DNA from: Megasphaera elsdenii DSM 20460
Lineage (GTDB): Bacteria; Bacillota; Negativicutes; Veillonellales; Megasphaeraceae
Direction of reading: 5' to 3'
Length of the DNA: 32,000 nucleotides
Assembly: GCF_003010495.1 (NCBI RefSeq)
Contig: NZ_CP027570.1
Location: 1,530,001 to 1,562,000 of the forward strand
Shown here: positions 1 through 7,205 of the stretch, one piece after another
How the letters are laid out: each line of letters opens with the position of its first letter
Numbering within the stretch: position 1 is the stretch's first letter
Made by a program: the position numbers and the translations under genes
Notes under the pieces: model-generated
What the model saw: only the letters and a program-made list of their open reading frames with translations
The model's database searches: none
Told to the model about the DNA's origin: nothing

Positions 1-1272
1 TTTGGCCGAAATGGCACCGGGGACGGCAATGCCCATGGTGGCGAAACCGTTGGAGATGAGGCAGGTGTTCGGTTCGTAGCAGTTGTAATGACGGGCAATC
101 CAGACTTTATTGGCACCGACGTCGGAAATGACGATATCGTCCTTGCCCATGATGCGGCGGCAGTCGATGAGGGCTTTCTGCGGTTTGACCGGGAAGGACA
201 TGTCGTGGGCGTAGCTTTCGTGTTCGTCGACCATTTTCTGACGGAGATCGAGGAACTGTTTCGGTTCAGCCAGGCGGGCGGCTTTGGCCATGATGCGTTC
301 CAACGAGTTGGGGATGTTGCCGACGACTTCGACTTCCGGCTGGTAGTTCTTGTTGATATCGGCCGGCATGGTGTCGATGTGGATGATGTCGGCATTGGTC
401 AAATGCCATTTGGCCGGGGCATATTCGATGATGTCATAGCCGACGGCGATGACCAGGCTGGCTTTTTCCAGCATCTTGGTCTGATAGTCGTCCATGGGGA
501 TGCCGACGGTCCACATGGAATATTTATTGTCAAAGGGGATGGCGCCTTTGGCCATCATGGTATTGATGACGGGGAGCTTCAATTTTTCTGCGAAAGCCGT
601 GAGCTGCTTGGCCGCTTTGCTGCGGATGACGCCGCTGCCGGCCAGGATGACCGGGTTCTTGGCATAGGAAATCATGGAAGCGGCCGCTTCGATTTGCGAT
701 TCCAGAGCCGTTTCCGGCAGGATCGTCTTATGCTGTAATGGTTTTTCGTCGTCGGCGACGGGCATCTTGCTGATGTTGACCGGCAAGTCGATGAAGGTCG
801 CACCGGGTTTTTCCCGTTCGGCATATTTGAAGGCCAGGCGGGTGATTTCAGCCATTGTGTCCGGGCGGACAACGGTATAGGCCCGGCGGGTGATCGGTTC
901 GAACATGGCCCGCAGGTCGAGGTACTGATGGGCGGTGATGTGCATTTTATCGGTACCGACCTGGCCGGAAATGGCGACCAGCGGGGCCCCGTCGCAGTCG
1001 GCATCGGCGACGCCAGTAATCAGGTTGGTAGCACCAGGCCCGAGGGTAGCCATGCAGACGCCGGCTTTGCCGGTCAGACGGCCGTAGACGTCGGCCATGA
1101 AAGCGGCGCCCTGTTCGTGGCGGACGGTGATAAATTCAATCTTCGAATGTTCCAGGGCATCCATGACGGCGAGGTTTTCTTCACCGGGGATGCCGAAAAT
1201 ATAATGGACGCCTTCTTCTTCCAGACATTCGACGAGTAAGTCGGCGGTGTTGCGCGTCTTCTTTTGTTCCAT
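1..1272 (-). CDS. Thiamine-diphosphate-dependent enzyme of the acetolactate synthase family (AlsS/IlvB-like). N-terminal 424 codons only; the 3' end runs off the window
   Basis: Not in the supplied ORF track because there is no stop inside the window. Reverse-strand ATG at 1272 is preceded by AAAGGAG. Hand translation MEQKKTRNTADLLVECLEEEGVHYIFGIPGEENLAVMDAL..RHEQGAAFMADVYGRLTGKAGVCMATLGPGATNLITGVADA..NGFATMGIAVPGAISAK stays open to position 1 and has the TPP-enzyme layout. Track ORFs 88..738+, 672..1004- and 1074..1322- are off-frame shadows. Confidence 0.8.
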   Translation of the reverse strand, partial: MEQKKTRNTADLLVECLEEEGVHYIFGIPGEENLAVMDALEHSKIEFITVRHEQGAAFMADVYGRLTGKAGVCMATLGPGATNLITGVADADCDGAPLVAISGQVGTDKMHITAHQYLDLRAMFEPITRRAYTVVRPDTMAEITRLAFKYAEREKPGATFIDLPVNISKMPVADDEKPLQHKTILPETALESQIEAAASMISYAKNPVILAGSGVIRSKAAKQLTAFAEKLKLPVINTMMAKGAIPFDNKYSMWTVGIPMDDYQTKMLEKASLVIAVGYDIIEYAPAKWHLTNADIIHIDTMPADINKNYQPEVEVVGNIPNSLERIMAKAARLAEPKQFLDLRQKMVDEHESYAHDMSFPVKPQKALIDCRRIMGKDDIVISDVGANKVWIARHYNCYEPNTCLISNGFATMGIAVPGAISAK

Positions 1273-1327
1273 GGTGTGCACTCCTTTGACGATAGATGGA
1301 TGAGTTGAAATTCGTGTTGCAACCTGT

Positions 1328-1356
1328 ATTATAATATGGTATAGCTTGTTTTTCAA
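1328..1356 (-). promoter_or_regulatory. Sigma-70-type promoter of the acetolactate-synthase-like gene
   Basis: Reverse strand reads TTGAAA (1356..1351), 17 nt, TATAAT (1333..1328), about 55 nt upstream of the ATG at 1272. Confidence 0.6.
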
Positions 1357-1379
1357 CATATTTAAGGGAAGCGATGTGC

Positions 1380-1408
1380 TTGCCTTTTTTAGGATTTCAC
1401 GTTATACT
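1380..1408 (+). promoter_or_regulatory. Candidate promoter of a small plus-strand RNA
   Basis: TTGCCT (1380..1385), 17 nt, TATACT (1403..1408). No protein-coding ORF follows before the terminator at 1472..1501. Confidence 0.4.
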
Positions 1409-1414
1409 AAAAAC

Positions 1415-1501
1415 AGAGATAGTCCGATGGCTGCACATCGGCTCTCCTCTAGGTTAAGATGTTGAAGAAGGCCGTGTACCGCATTGGTATACGGTTTTTT
1501 T
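1415..1501 (+). ncRNA. Candidate ~85-nt small RNA, a possible cis-antisense antitoxin convergent with the toxin-like ORF
   Basis: Bounded by the candidate promoter at 1380..1408 and the intrinsic terminator at 1472..1501. Contains the hairpin CCGATG-gctgca-CATCGG flanked by AGAG/CTCT, and a CTCTCCTCT anti-SD-like tract. The ends are inferred, not measured. Confidence 0.3.
1472..1501 (+). terminator. Rho-independent terminator
   Basis: Stem CCGTGTACC / GGTATACGG (one G-U pair), 5-nt loop, followed by T7 (1495..1501). Confidence 0.6.
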
Positions 1502-1517
1502 CAGATATCGTACTTAC

Positions 1518-1595
1518 TTATTTACGTACCGAAATAACCAGCACGACTAAGGTAGCAAAAGCTATCATTAGATAAAGTGTTTCAAAGACACTCAT
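1518..1595 (-). CDS. 25-aa hydrophobic peptide, type I toxin-like (TxpA/BsrG/BsrE or holin-like toxin class)
   Basis: Too short for the ORF track. Reverse strand: GTGAGGTGA, 5 nt, then ATG AGT GTC TTT GAA ACA CTT TAT CTA ATG ATA GCT TTT GCT ACC TTA GTC GTG CTG GTT ATT TCG GTA CGT AAA TAA, giving MSVFETLYLMIAFATLVVLVISVRK. One TM helix with a basic C-terminus. The N-terminal pattern MS-x-(F/Y)-E-x-L-x-x-M-I-x-F matches what I recall for the Bacillus type I toxins TxpA, BsrG and BsrE. Confidence 0.6.
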   Translation of the reverse strand: MSVFETLYLMIAFATLVVLVISVRK

Positions 1596-1603
1596 GCTGA
1601 TCA

Positions 1604-1619
1604 CCTCACTTTCGTGAGG
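1604..1619 (-). promoter_or_regulatory. 5'-UTR hairpin sequestering the Shine-Dalgarno of the toxin-like ORF
   Basis: Reverse strand CCTCAC-GAAA-GTGAGG: perfect 6-bp stem with a GNRA tetraloop. The 3' arm is the SD (GTGAGGTGA) located 5 nt before the ATG. Confidence 0.4.
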
Positions 1620-1708
1620 AAAACCGAATACATCGAACTATCTCATAACTAGTAGTTTGTCAAATGTTTATAAAAATATCAATGACTCTCTTTGACTAAG
1701 GTGAAATT

Positions 1709-2134
1709 ATGAACATTCTAATCAGCGCCTGCCTGCTCGGCCAGTATTGCCGTTACGATGGTAAGACGAAGGTTTATCCGCAGGTACAGGATTTGCTTGG
1801 ACGGGATGATATCCATTTGATTCCCGTCTGTCCGGAACAGTGTGGCGGTCTGGCGACGCCGCGGCCAGCGGCTGAACGGCAGGGCAAACGTGTCGTCACT
1901 GCTAATGGCAGTGAGGTGACGGCCCAGTACCAACGCGGTGCCGAAGCGGCCCTGTATTGGGCACGCCTGTTCCACTGTACGAAAGCCATCTTGAAGGAGA
2001 AAAGTCCGTCTTGTGGACATGGACAGATTTACGACGGTACTTTTTCCCGGACCCTGACGGCTGGCGACGGCGTGACAGCGGAATTATTACGTGCAGAAGG
2101 CCTTGAAATCATCGGCGAAAGCGACCTTCCCTGA
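1709..2134 (+). CDS. DUF523 family protein (YbbK/TudS-like Cys-rich protein)
   Basis: Cys motifs ACLLGQYCRYDG, CPEQCGGL and KSPSCG typical of DUF523. AAGGTGA RBS before the ATG. Confidence 0.75.
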   Translation: MNILISACLLGQYCRYDGKTKVYPQVQDLLGRDDIHLIPVCPEQCGGLATPRPAAERQGKRVVTANGSEVTAQYQRGAEAALYWARLFHCTKAILKEKSPSCGHGQIYDGTFSRTLTAGDGVTAELLRAEGLEIIGESDLP

Positions 2135-2137
2135 CTC

Positions 2138-2166
2138 TTGCTTTTATACCCCTGGTTTGCTACAAT
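2138..2166 (+). promoter_or_regulatory. Sigma-70 promoter upstream of signal peptidase I
   Basis: TTGCTT (2138..2143), 17 nt, TACAAT (2161..2166), with a TG at the extended -10 position. Confidence 0.5.
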
Positions 2167-2196
2167 ATACGAGTACGCAAGTGAGGAGGTTGCAGC

Positions 2197-2757
2197 GTGA
2201 ATACGTTTCTACATGAAGTTTACGAATGGATTTATTCCATTATCATCGCGTTGGCCATTGCCATGGTCATCCATATCTTCTTCTTCCAGCCGACCCGCGT
2301 TTCTGGTGAATCGATGATGCCGACCCTGCACAATGGGGAATACCTCATCGTATCCAAGTGGAATCACGTCTTGGGGGAAGTCCCGAATTATGGGGATATT
2401 GTCATCATCGACAGCCGCGTCCAGTATCCGCGTACGTGGAAAGATGACGTTGCCGAACCGATGAACAATTACATGGCCTTCTTCAATCATGATTTGCAGA
2501 CCAAGAATATCTGGGTCAAACGGGTCATCGGCCGTCCAGGCGATACCTTGGCTTTCCATGACGGCAAGGTATGGCGCAACGGCGAGCCGTTAGATGAACC
2601 GTACATCAATGAACCGATGGAATACAGCCGCAAAGGAGAAATCAAGATTCCCGAAGGCTATGTCTTCTGCATGGGTGACAATCGCAACCACAGCAGTGAC
2701 AGCCGCTTCATCGGCCCGGTCCCCATCGACCACGTCTTAGGCCACGTCATCTGGTAG
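2197..2757 (+). CDS. lepB: Signal peptidase I
   Basis: GTG start after GTGAGGAGG. N-terminal TM helix, catalytic Ser box SGESMMPTL, Lys box KRVIGRPGD, and the GDNRNHSSDSR box. Confidence 0.9.
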   Translation: MNTFLHEVYEWIYSIIIALAIAMVIHIFFFQPTRVSGESMMPTLHNGEYLIVSKWNHVLGEVPNYGDIVIIDSRVQYPRTWKDDVAEPMNNYMAFFNHDLQTKNIWVKRVIGRPGDTLAFHDGKVWRNGEPLDEPYINEPMEYSRKGEIKIPEGYVFCMGDNRNHSSDSRFIGPVPIDHVLGHVIW

Positions 2758-2773
2758 GCCTCAAAACAGCATA

Positions 2774-2816
2774 CGACAGTTCGCAATCCATCCTGTCGGT
2801 AAACAAAACTAGGAAG
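2774..2816 (+). promoter_or_regulatory. preQ1-I riboswitch aptamer
   Basis: CGACAG-TTCGCAATCCATC-CTGTCG-GTAAACAAAACTAGGAAG: 6-bp P1, 13-nt loop starting TTCG, then an A-rich tail ending ACTAGG. This is the same architecture as the B. subtilis (AGAGG UUCUAGCUACAC CCUCU AUAAAAAACUAAGG) and T. tengcongensis preQ1-I aptamers. It sits directly upstream of queT-queF. Confidence 0.75.
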
Positions 2817-2842
2817 CATTACAAAAGGTATCTTGCAATGCA

Positions 2843-2876
2843 GACGGGATTGTTTCGGCAACCCCGTCTTTTTTTT
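2843..2876 (+). terminator. Intrinsic terminator, probable expression platform of the preQ1 riboswitch
   Basis: GACGGG / CCCGTC stem followed by T8 (2869..2876), 26 nt before the queT ATG. Confidence 0.7.
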
Positions 2877-2902
2877 GCTCTCAGTTGAAAGGAGGAACGC
2901 CT

Positions 2903-3394
2903 ATGTATAATTTCTTAGCGAACACGAAACGCATGACCGTCGCTGCTATGGTCATGGCATTGTACATCGTCATCTTGTATGTCACCCAGGGCATTTCGTT
3001 TGGCCCGTATCAGATCCGCATCGCCACGTCGCTCTATGCATTGGCCTTTGTATATCCTTTCCTGGTCGTACCCTTGGGGCTTGCGAACTTCATCGCTAAC
3101 TTTCTCTTTGGCGGCTTGGGCTTCATCGACATGATCGGTGGCTGCTTTGTCGGCATCGTCACGACATGGCTCATCGTCCAGGTACGTCAGCGTCATTATA
3201 ATCTCTGGCTGGCCGCCCTGCCCATCTGGTGGGTGCCGACCCTCTGCGTCAGCGCCTGGCTGTCGTATCTGCTCAACCTGCCTTATGCCGTCCTGGTCAG
3301 CAGCCTGGCTGTCGGTCAGCTGCCGCCGGCTATCTGCGGGGTCCTGCTCATCCAGGCCCTGAGCCATCGCTATATTTTGAAAAAGGAGTTTTGA
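2903..3394 (+). CDS. queT: Queuosine-precursor transporter QueT (ECF-type S component, COG4708)
   Basis: ATG at 2903 preceded by AAAGGAGGA (the track start at 2885 is a TTG lying inside the RBS). Multi-pass membrane protein with a QueT-like ISFGPYQIRIATSL..LGLANFIANFLFGGLGFID pattern. preQ1 riboswitch upstream and queF downstream. Confidence 0.8.
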   Translation: MYNFLANTKRMTVAAMVMALYIVILYVTQGISFGPYQIRIATSLYALAFVYPFLVVPLGLANFIANFLFGGLGFIDMIGGCFVGIVTTWLIVQVRQRHYNLWLAALPIWWVPTLCVSAWLSYLLNLPYAVLVSSLAVGQLPPAICGVLLIQALSHRYILKKEF

Positions 3395-3397
3395 TCT

Positions 3398-3892
3398 ATG
3401 AGCCGAAGTAAAGAAGAACTGCAGGGCGTGACCAAGCTGGGCAATCAGCATACGGTGTATGCCCAGGACTACGATCCGTCTTTATTGGAAACATTTGTCA
3501 ACAAGCATCCCGACCGGGACTATTTCGTCAAATTCAATTGTCCCGAGTTCACTAGTCTCTGCCCCATGACGGGCCAGCCGGACTATGCGACGATTTATAT
3601 TTCTTACGTCCCAGGGGTACGCATGGTAGAAAGCAAGTCGCTGAAGCTCTACCTGTTCAGTTTCCGCAATCACGGCGATTTCCATGAAGACTGCGTCAAT
3701 ATCATCATGGACGACCTCATCCGGGTCATGGACCCGAAATACATCGAAGTGTGGGGGAAATTCCTGCCCCGCGGCGGTATCAGCATCGACCCGTACTGCA
3801 ATTACGGCCGGCCCGGTACGCCCTGGGCTGACGTGGCCTGGCAGCGCCTGTCCCAGCACGATTTATATCCTGAAAAAGTAGATAATCGCTAA
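3398..3892 (+). CDS. queF: NADPH-dependent 7-cyano-7-deazaguanine (preQ0) reductase, unimodular type
   Basis: [27 protein letters not shown] catalytic-Cys region and the QueF motif [20 protein letters not shown]. 164 aa. Confidence 0.92.
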   Translation: MSRSKEELQGVTKLGNQHTVYAQDYDPSLLETFVNKHPDRDYFVKFNCPEFTSLCPMTGQPDYATIYISYVPGVRMVESKSLKLYLFSFRNHGDFHEDCVNIIMDDLIRVMDPKYIEVWGKFLPRGGISIDPYCNYGRPGTPWADVAWQRLSQHDLYPEKVDNR

Positions 3893-3961
3893 ATCTATTA
3901 CCTTTTACGGCTGTTTCATGATATAATAATCTAAAAACAACAGAAGTAAGGGGTGTTACCT

Positions 3962-4345
3962 GTGAAATTGAAAAAAATGCTTTTGGCCCTGGGCTTTTCC
4001 CTGGTCTTGTCGGCATCGGTCTTCGCAGCGGATAATATGTGGCAATATAACCAGTATACGTCCATCGACATGAACTCGGCCAAGCTCTATTACGATATGG
4101 GCCGCCAGATCCTGTCCTTTGATACGGTGGAACAATCCGGCGAAACGACAGACTACTGCACCTATGTGTACAACATCGATGACCAGACGATCCAGCTGAA
4201 AAAGATGATTACCAAGACGAAGAAGCATAAGTATAAGAGCAGCTTCTATCCGGAATCCATCAAAGACGGCAATGCCGTCATCAAGGCCAGAGCCCGCATG
4301 GCGAATGACGTATTGGCCAAAGTAAAGGAAAAGAACGAAAAATAA
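3962..4345 (+). CDS. Hypothetical secreted protein with a signal peptide
   Basis: GTG at 3962 lies 9 nt after AAGGGG. N-terminus (M)KLKKMLLALGFSLVLSASVFA/ADN looks like a Sec signal with an AxA cleavage site. No recognisable domain. Start choice is uncertain (3953, 3962 or 3977). Confidence 0.55.
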   Translation: MKLKKMLLALGFSLVLSASVFAADNMWQYNQYTSIDMNSAKLYYDMGRQILSFDTVEQSGETTDYCTYVYNIDDQTIQLKKMITKTKKHKYKSSFYPESIKDGNAVIKARARMANDVLAKVKEKNEK

Positions 4346-4348
4346 AGG

Positions 4349-4436
4349 GTGTGATGTTTGAGGTTTGATGTTTGAAGTAATGATTTTAAATTTAACGCTA
4401 TCCACATCAAACATCAAACTTACTACTTCAAACTCA
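4349..4436. repeat. Intergenic inverted repeat built from tandem heptamers (GTTTGAN)
   Basis: Left arm GTGTGAT GTTTGAG GTTTGAT GTTTGAA GTAATGA (4349..4383), an 18-nt AT-rich spacer, then right arm ATCAAAC ATCAAAC TTACTAC TTCAAAC (4406..4433). There is a perfect 13-bp complement between GTTTGATGTTTGA (4363..4375) and TCAAACATCAAAC (4407..4419). Confidence 0.6.
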
Positions 4437-4470
4437 AAAAGAGGCTGCCTTCGAGAGACAGCCTCTTTTT
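4436..4470. terminator. Bidirectional intrinsic terminator between convergent genes
   Basis: AAAAA-GAGGCTG-ccttcgagaga-CAGCCTC-TTTTT. Confidence 0.75.
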
Positions 4471-4478
4471 ATACGACA

Positions 4479-5585
4479 TCACTTGCCTTTAACGCAGATG
4501 CTGAGCCATTTCGGCAGTTTGTGTTCGACGACGACCCATGAGTAGGCGGCGGCACAGGCTGTGACGATGACGTAGATGGCGATGATGTGGACGGCCCGCA
4601 GGTAAATATGCAGGTGAGCCGCCAGGCCCGTGCAGGCGCTGAGGAAGACCGGATGGACCAGGTAGATGGGGTACGAGTAGTCGCCCAGGAGGGAGAAGAC
4701 TTTGTGGACCCACTGCGGTACAGGCCGACATTCCCACCAGTAGAGGAGGAAGAGCATGGTCGATAAAGTATAAGCCATGCCGATAGGGCTGAGCTGATGG
4801 ATGGTGAAGACTGCCGATAAGGGGTCATAGCCCAGGTAGTGCATGACGCCGTAGTACGCGGCCAGCATGCCCAGCGTCGTCGCCGCCTGGAAGACGTTGA
4901 CCAGGACGCCGTGCTTTTTCAGCCAGTCCGTGACGCTGCCGAAGTGTTCTGCCGTGAAGGCGCCGAACATGAAGATGAACAAGTAGTGCAGGACGATGTA
5001 GTTCAAACGGAAGTTGAAAGCGTCCTGGATGAGGGGATTGTCGGAATGGACCGTCCAGATATAACTGGAATAGAAGTTGAAGGCCATGTTGGCGAAGAAG
5101 AGAAGAGTAAACGACAGCCACGGTGCTTTATCCATGAAGCGCAGGAGCGGCCGCCACAGGGGCATGAGGAAGTAGAACCACAAGAGGATGACCAGGAAGT
5201 AAATATGATACATGGCCAGGCCGTACCACAAGGTGCGGAAAAAGGCGTAAGGCTGGAAGACACTGAAGTTGTGGCTGATGACCGATACGTAGACCATGTA
5301 GAACAGGGACCAAGCCAGATAGGGGACGAAGACCGTCCGCAGGCGGCGCCGCAGGTAGTCCTTATAGACGAAGGGCTGGTCCAGGGGCTGGCTGTAGAAC
5401 ATGCCGAAAGCCGACAGGAAGAAAAAGGCCGGCACGGAAAAACGGGACAGGATTTCCAGGATGGCCACCAGGCCCAGGTTGGGCGACGGATTGACGATAG
5501 CGACGGAGCCGACATGGATGGCGATGACGCCGAGCATACAAAGGCCGCGCATATAGTTGATAGAATGAATGAATCGTTTTGACAT
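4479..5585 (-). CDS. Acyltransferase family 3 integral membrane protein (OatA/O-acetyltransferase-like)
   Basis: MSKRFIHSINYMRGLCMLGVIAIHVGS is a typical acyltransferase_3 N-terminus, with about 10 TM segments. ATG at 5585 follows GAGGTG (the track start at 5606 is a TTG upstream of that RBS). Confidence 0.8.
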   Translation of the reverse strand: MSKRFIHSINYMRGLCMLGVIAIHVGSVAIVNPSPNLGLVAILEILSRFSVPAFFFLSAFGMFYSQPLDQPFVYKDYLRRRLRTVFVPYLAWSLFYMVYVSVISHNFSVFQPYAFFRTLWYGLAMYHIYFLVILLWFYFLMPLWRPLLRFMDKAPWLSFTLLFFANMAFNFYSSYIWTVHSDNPLIQDAFNFRLNYIVLHYLFIFMFGAFTAEHFGSVTDWLKKHGVLVNVFQAATTLGMLAAYYGVMHYLGYDPLSAVFTIHQLSPIGMAYTLSTMLFLLYWWECRPVPQWVHKVFSLLGDYSYPIYLVHPVFLSACTGLAAHLHIYLRAVHIIAIYVIVTACAAAYSWVVVEHKLPKWLSICVKGK

Positions 5586-5616
5586 CTGACACCTCGAAAG
5601 ATACAATAAAGATAAT

Positions 5617-5636
5617 TAGGATAATGACCTATCCTA
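5617..5636. promoter_or_regulatory. Perfect palindrome in a divergent promoter region, candidate operator
   Basis: TAGGATA-atgacc-TATCCTA between the acyltransferase start (5585, minus) and the membrane-protein start (5674, plus). It overlaps a TATTAT/TATAAC -10-like element. Confidence 0.3.
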
Positions 5637-5673
5637 TTATAACAAATTTTTTCAGCTTGGACAGGGAGGCTTT

Positions 5674-6186
5674 ATGACAGAAGATATAAAAAACGTGACC
5701 CGCACGGGACTCATCCTGGCAGTGACCTTGATCCTGCAGGGACTCCGCCTGGTCATTCCCATACCGCCGCAGGTCAGCATGTTCGTCGTCGGGTCCCTGG
5801 TCAATGCCTGTCTCATCGTGGCGGTCCTCCTCATCGGCCGCCGTGCCGGCCTGGTCGTGGCCGGGTGTACGCCGGTCTTTGCCTGGCTGGAAGGGATGCT
5901 GCCCTTCTTTCCCTTTGTCTTTCCCGTAGGGCTGGGCAACTGTTTCTACGTCTGGACGGCCTGGCGCTGGCAGCGGTACGGTCTGCCGGCTCTTTGCGGC
6001 GGTGCCTTGGGGAAGGCGGCCATCCTCTATGGCTCGTTCTACCTGCTGTTCGCCTGTATTGCGTTTCCGTCGGCTGTGCGCCATATGCTGTTGTTTGCTA
6101 TGAGCTGGCCCCAGATCGTGACCGGCATCATCGGGGCGGTCCTGGGAATGGAAGTCAGCCGTCTCCTCGGGCATCAGCCTGAATAG
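5674..6186 (+). CDS. Small multi-pass membrane protein, possibly an ECF-type substrate-capture (S) component; substrate unknown
   Basis: 170 aa with 5-6 predicted TM helices and GGGAGG RBS. Size and the N-terminus TRTGLILAVTLILQGLRL resemble ECF S components. First gene of the run that continues into folE-folB-folK. Confidence 0.35.
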   Translation: MTEDIKNVTRTGLILAVTLILQGLRLVIPIPPQVSMFVVGSLVNACLIVAVLLIGRRAGLVVAGCTPVFAWLEGMLPFFPFVFPVGLGNCFYVWTAWRWQRYGLPALCGGALGKAAILYGSFYLLFACIAFPSAVRHMLLFAMSWPQIVTGIIGAVLGMEVSRLLGHQPE

Positions 6187-6200
6187 AAAGGAAGGTATGT

Positions 6201-6608
6201 ATGTTCTTGCAAATATTTTATTATCTCCCGGCTATCCTCGGCGTGTTGTTCATTGCCGTCGGGACCTATCACGGCTGGAAGTTCCGCGGCATGACGCGGC
6301 GCTGTAAGGTAGCGGCTGTAGGGACGCTCCTCGGATTTGAAGAAAAGAAGATGAAGAGCGGAACTCTTTATTACCCCGTCGTCCGTTTTCAGACGCAAGA
6401 CGGCAAGACTTATCAGGCCCGGTATGCCTTTGGCGATGCCGAATGGGATTATACGGCCGGCGATGAACTGGACCTTCGTTATAATCCGGCGGATCCACAG
6501 GAAATCTATCTCGATCACGTGCAAAGTGTCTGGCAGCAGTATGCCAGTCCTTTTTTCATCATTATCGGCGGCCTTATCTTTATCGCTGCGTATTACTTCA
6601 TTTTGTAA
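6201..6608 (+). CDS. DUF3592-like membrane protein
   Basis: N- and C-terminal TM helices flank a soluble beta-rich core with the Y-P-V-V-R-F..G pattern (YYPVVRFQTQDGKTY), as in DUF3592. Confidence 0.6.
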   Translation: MFLQIFYYLPAILGVLFIAVGTYHGWKFRGMTRRCKVAAVGTLLGFEEKKMKSGTLYYPVVRFQTQDGKTYQARYAFGDAEWDYTAGDELDLRYNPADPQEIYLDHVQSVWQQYASPFFIIIGGLIFIAAYYFIL

Positions 6609-6629
6609 ATAAAGGAGGACCTGGTTACG

Positions 6630-7205
6630 TTGGAAGAAAATGAAAAAGCCGTCGCTGCGATGCGGCAGTTTTTAGAGGCCCTGGGATTGGATCTCCAGGC
6701 TTTGGGCATGGAAAAGACGCCGCACCGCGTCGCTCAGGCTTTTGGGGAATTTTTTTCGGGGCTCAGGGAAAATCCCGATGACGAGTGGCAGGCTCCCATT
6801 GCGACCCAGAGCGATGGCTTGGTCGTCGTCCGCAACATCCGCTTCCATTCGATGTGCGAACACCATTTGCTGCCGTTTTTCGGCTCCGTCCATGTGGCCT
6901 ATTATCCGAAAAACGGAACTATCGCCGGCTTCGGCCATTTTGTCCGCGCCGTCGACATCCTGGCCCGGCGGCCGCAGCTCCAGGAACGGATGACCGATGA
7001 CCTGTGCCAGTCCATTTGCCGCGGCCTCGATCCGGAAGGCGTCCTGATCATCGTCAAAGCGACTCATTTATGCCTGACCATGCGCGACCGCATGGCTATC
7101 GATTCCAATATCGTAACGACGGCGTCATCGGGCTGTCTGAAAGAGGGGACAGCCGCCTATGATCAGGCTTGGAAACTGCTCATGGAGGAGAAAAAAGATG
7201 GATAA
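6630..7205 (+). CDS. folE: GTP cyclohydrolase I
   Basis: TTG start 11 nt after AAAGGAGG. MEKTPHRVAQAF and FHSMCEHHLLPFFG zinc/active-site motifs, plus QLQERMT. Confidence 0.9.
   Translation: MEENEKAVAAMRQFLEALGLDLQALGMEKTPHRVAQAFGEFFSGLRENPDDEWQAPIATQSDGLVVVRNIRFHSMCEHHLLPFFGSVHVAYYPKNGTIAGFGHFVRAVDILARRPQLQERMTDDLCQSICRGLDPEGVLIIVKATHLCLTMRDRMAIDSNIVTTASSGCLKEGTAAYDQAWKLLMEEKKDG

Noticed and set aside
88-1322. Track ORFs 88..738(+), 672..1004(-), 674..880(+), 928..1239(+) and 1074..1322(-) as genes
   Set aside because: All overlap the open minus-strand frame (1..1272) that translates into a coherent acetolactate-synthase-family protein with a good RBS. Their translations are low-complexity (Gly/Asp/Val or Pro/Ser/Arg-rich) shadows typical of GC-rich coding DNA.
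1415-1501. The plus-strand structured element as a leader or riboswitch for the DUF523 gene at 1709
   Set aside because: It ends in its own terminator, and an oppositely oriented peptide ORF (1518..1595) with its own SD hairpin lies between it and DUF523. No known riboswitch core was recognised.
3956-4417. 153-aa minus-strand ORF overlapping the secreted-protein gene and the heptamer repeat
   Set aside because: It is antisense to an ORF with a convincing signal peptide and RBS. It would start inside the repeat element without an SD and lies upstream of, not after, the minus-strand gene's terminator.
5586-5673. THF or other riboswitch upstream of the ECF-S-like membrane protein preceding folE
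   Set aside because: The whole intergenic region is 88 nt and must also hold two divergent promoters. I see no multi-stem structure or conserved THF-aptamer core, only a simple palindrome.
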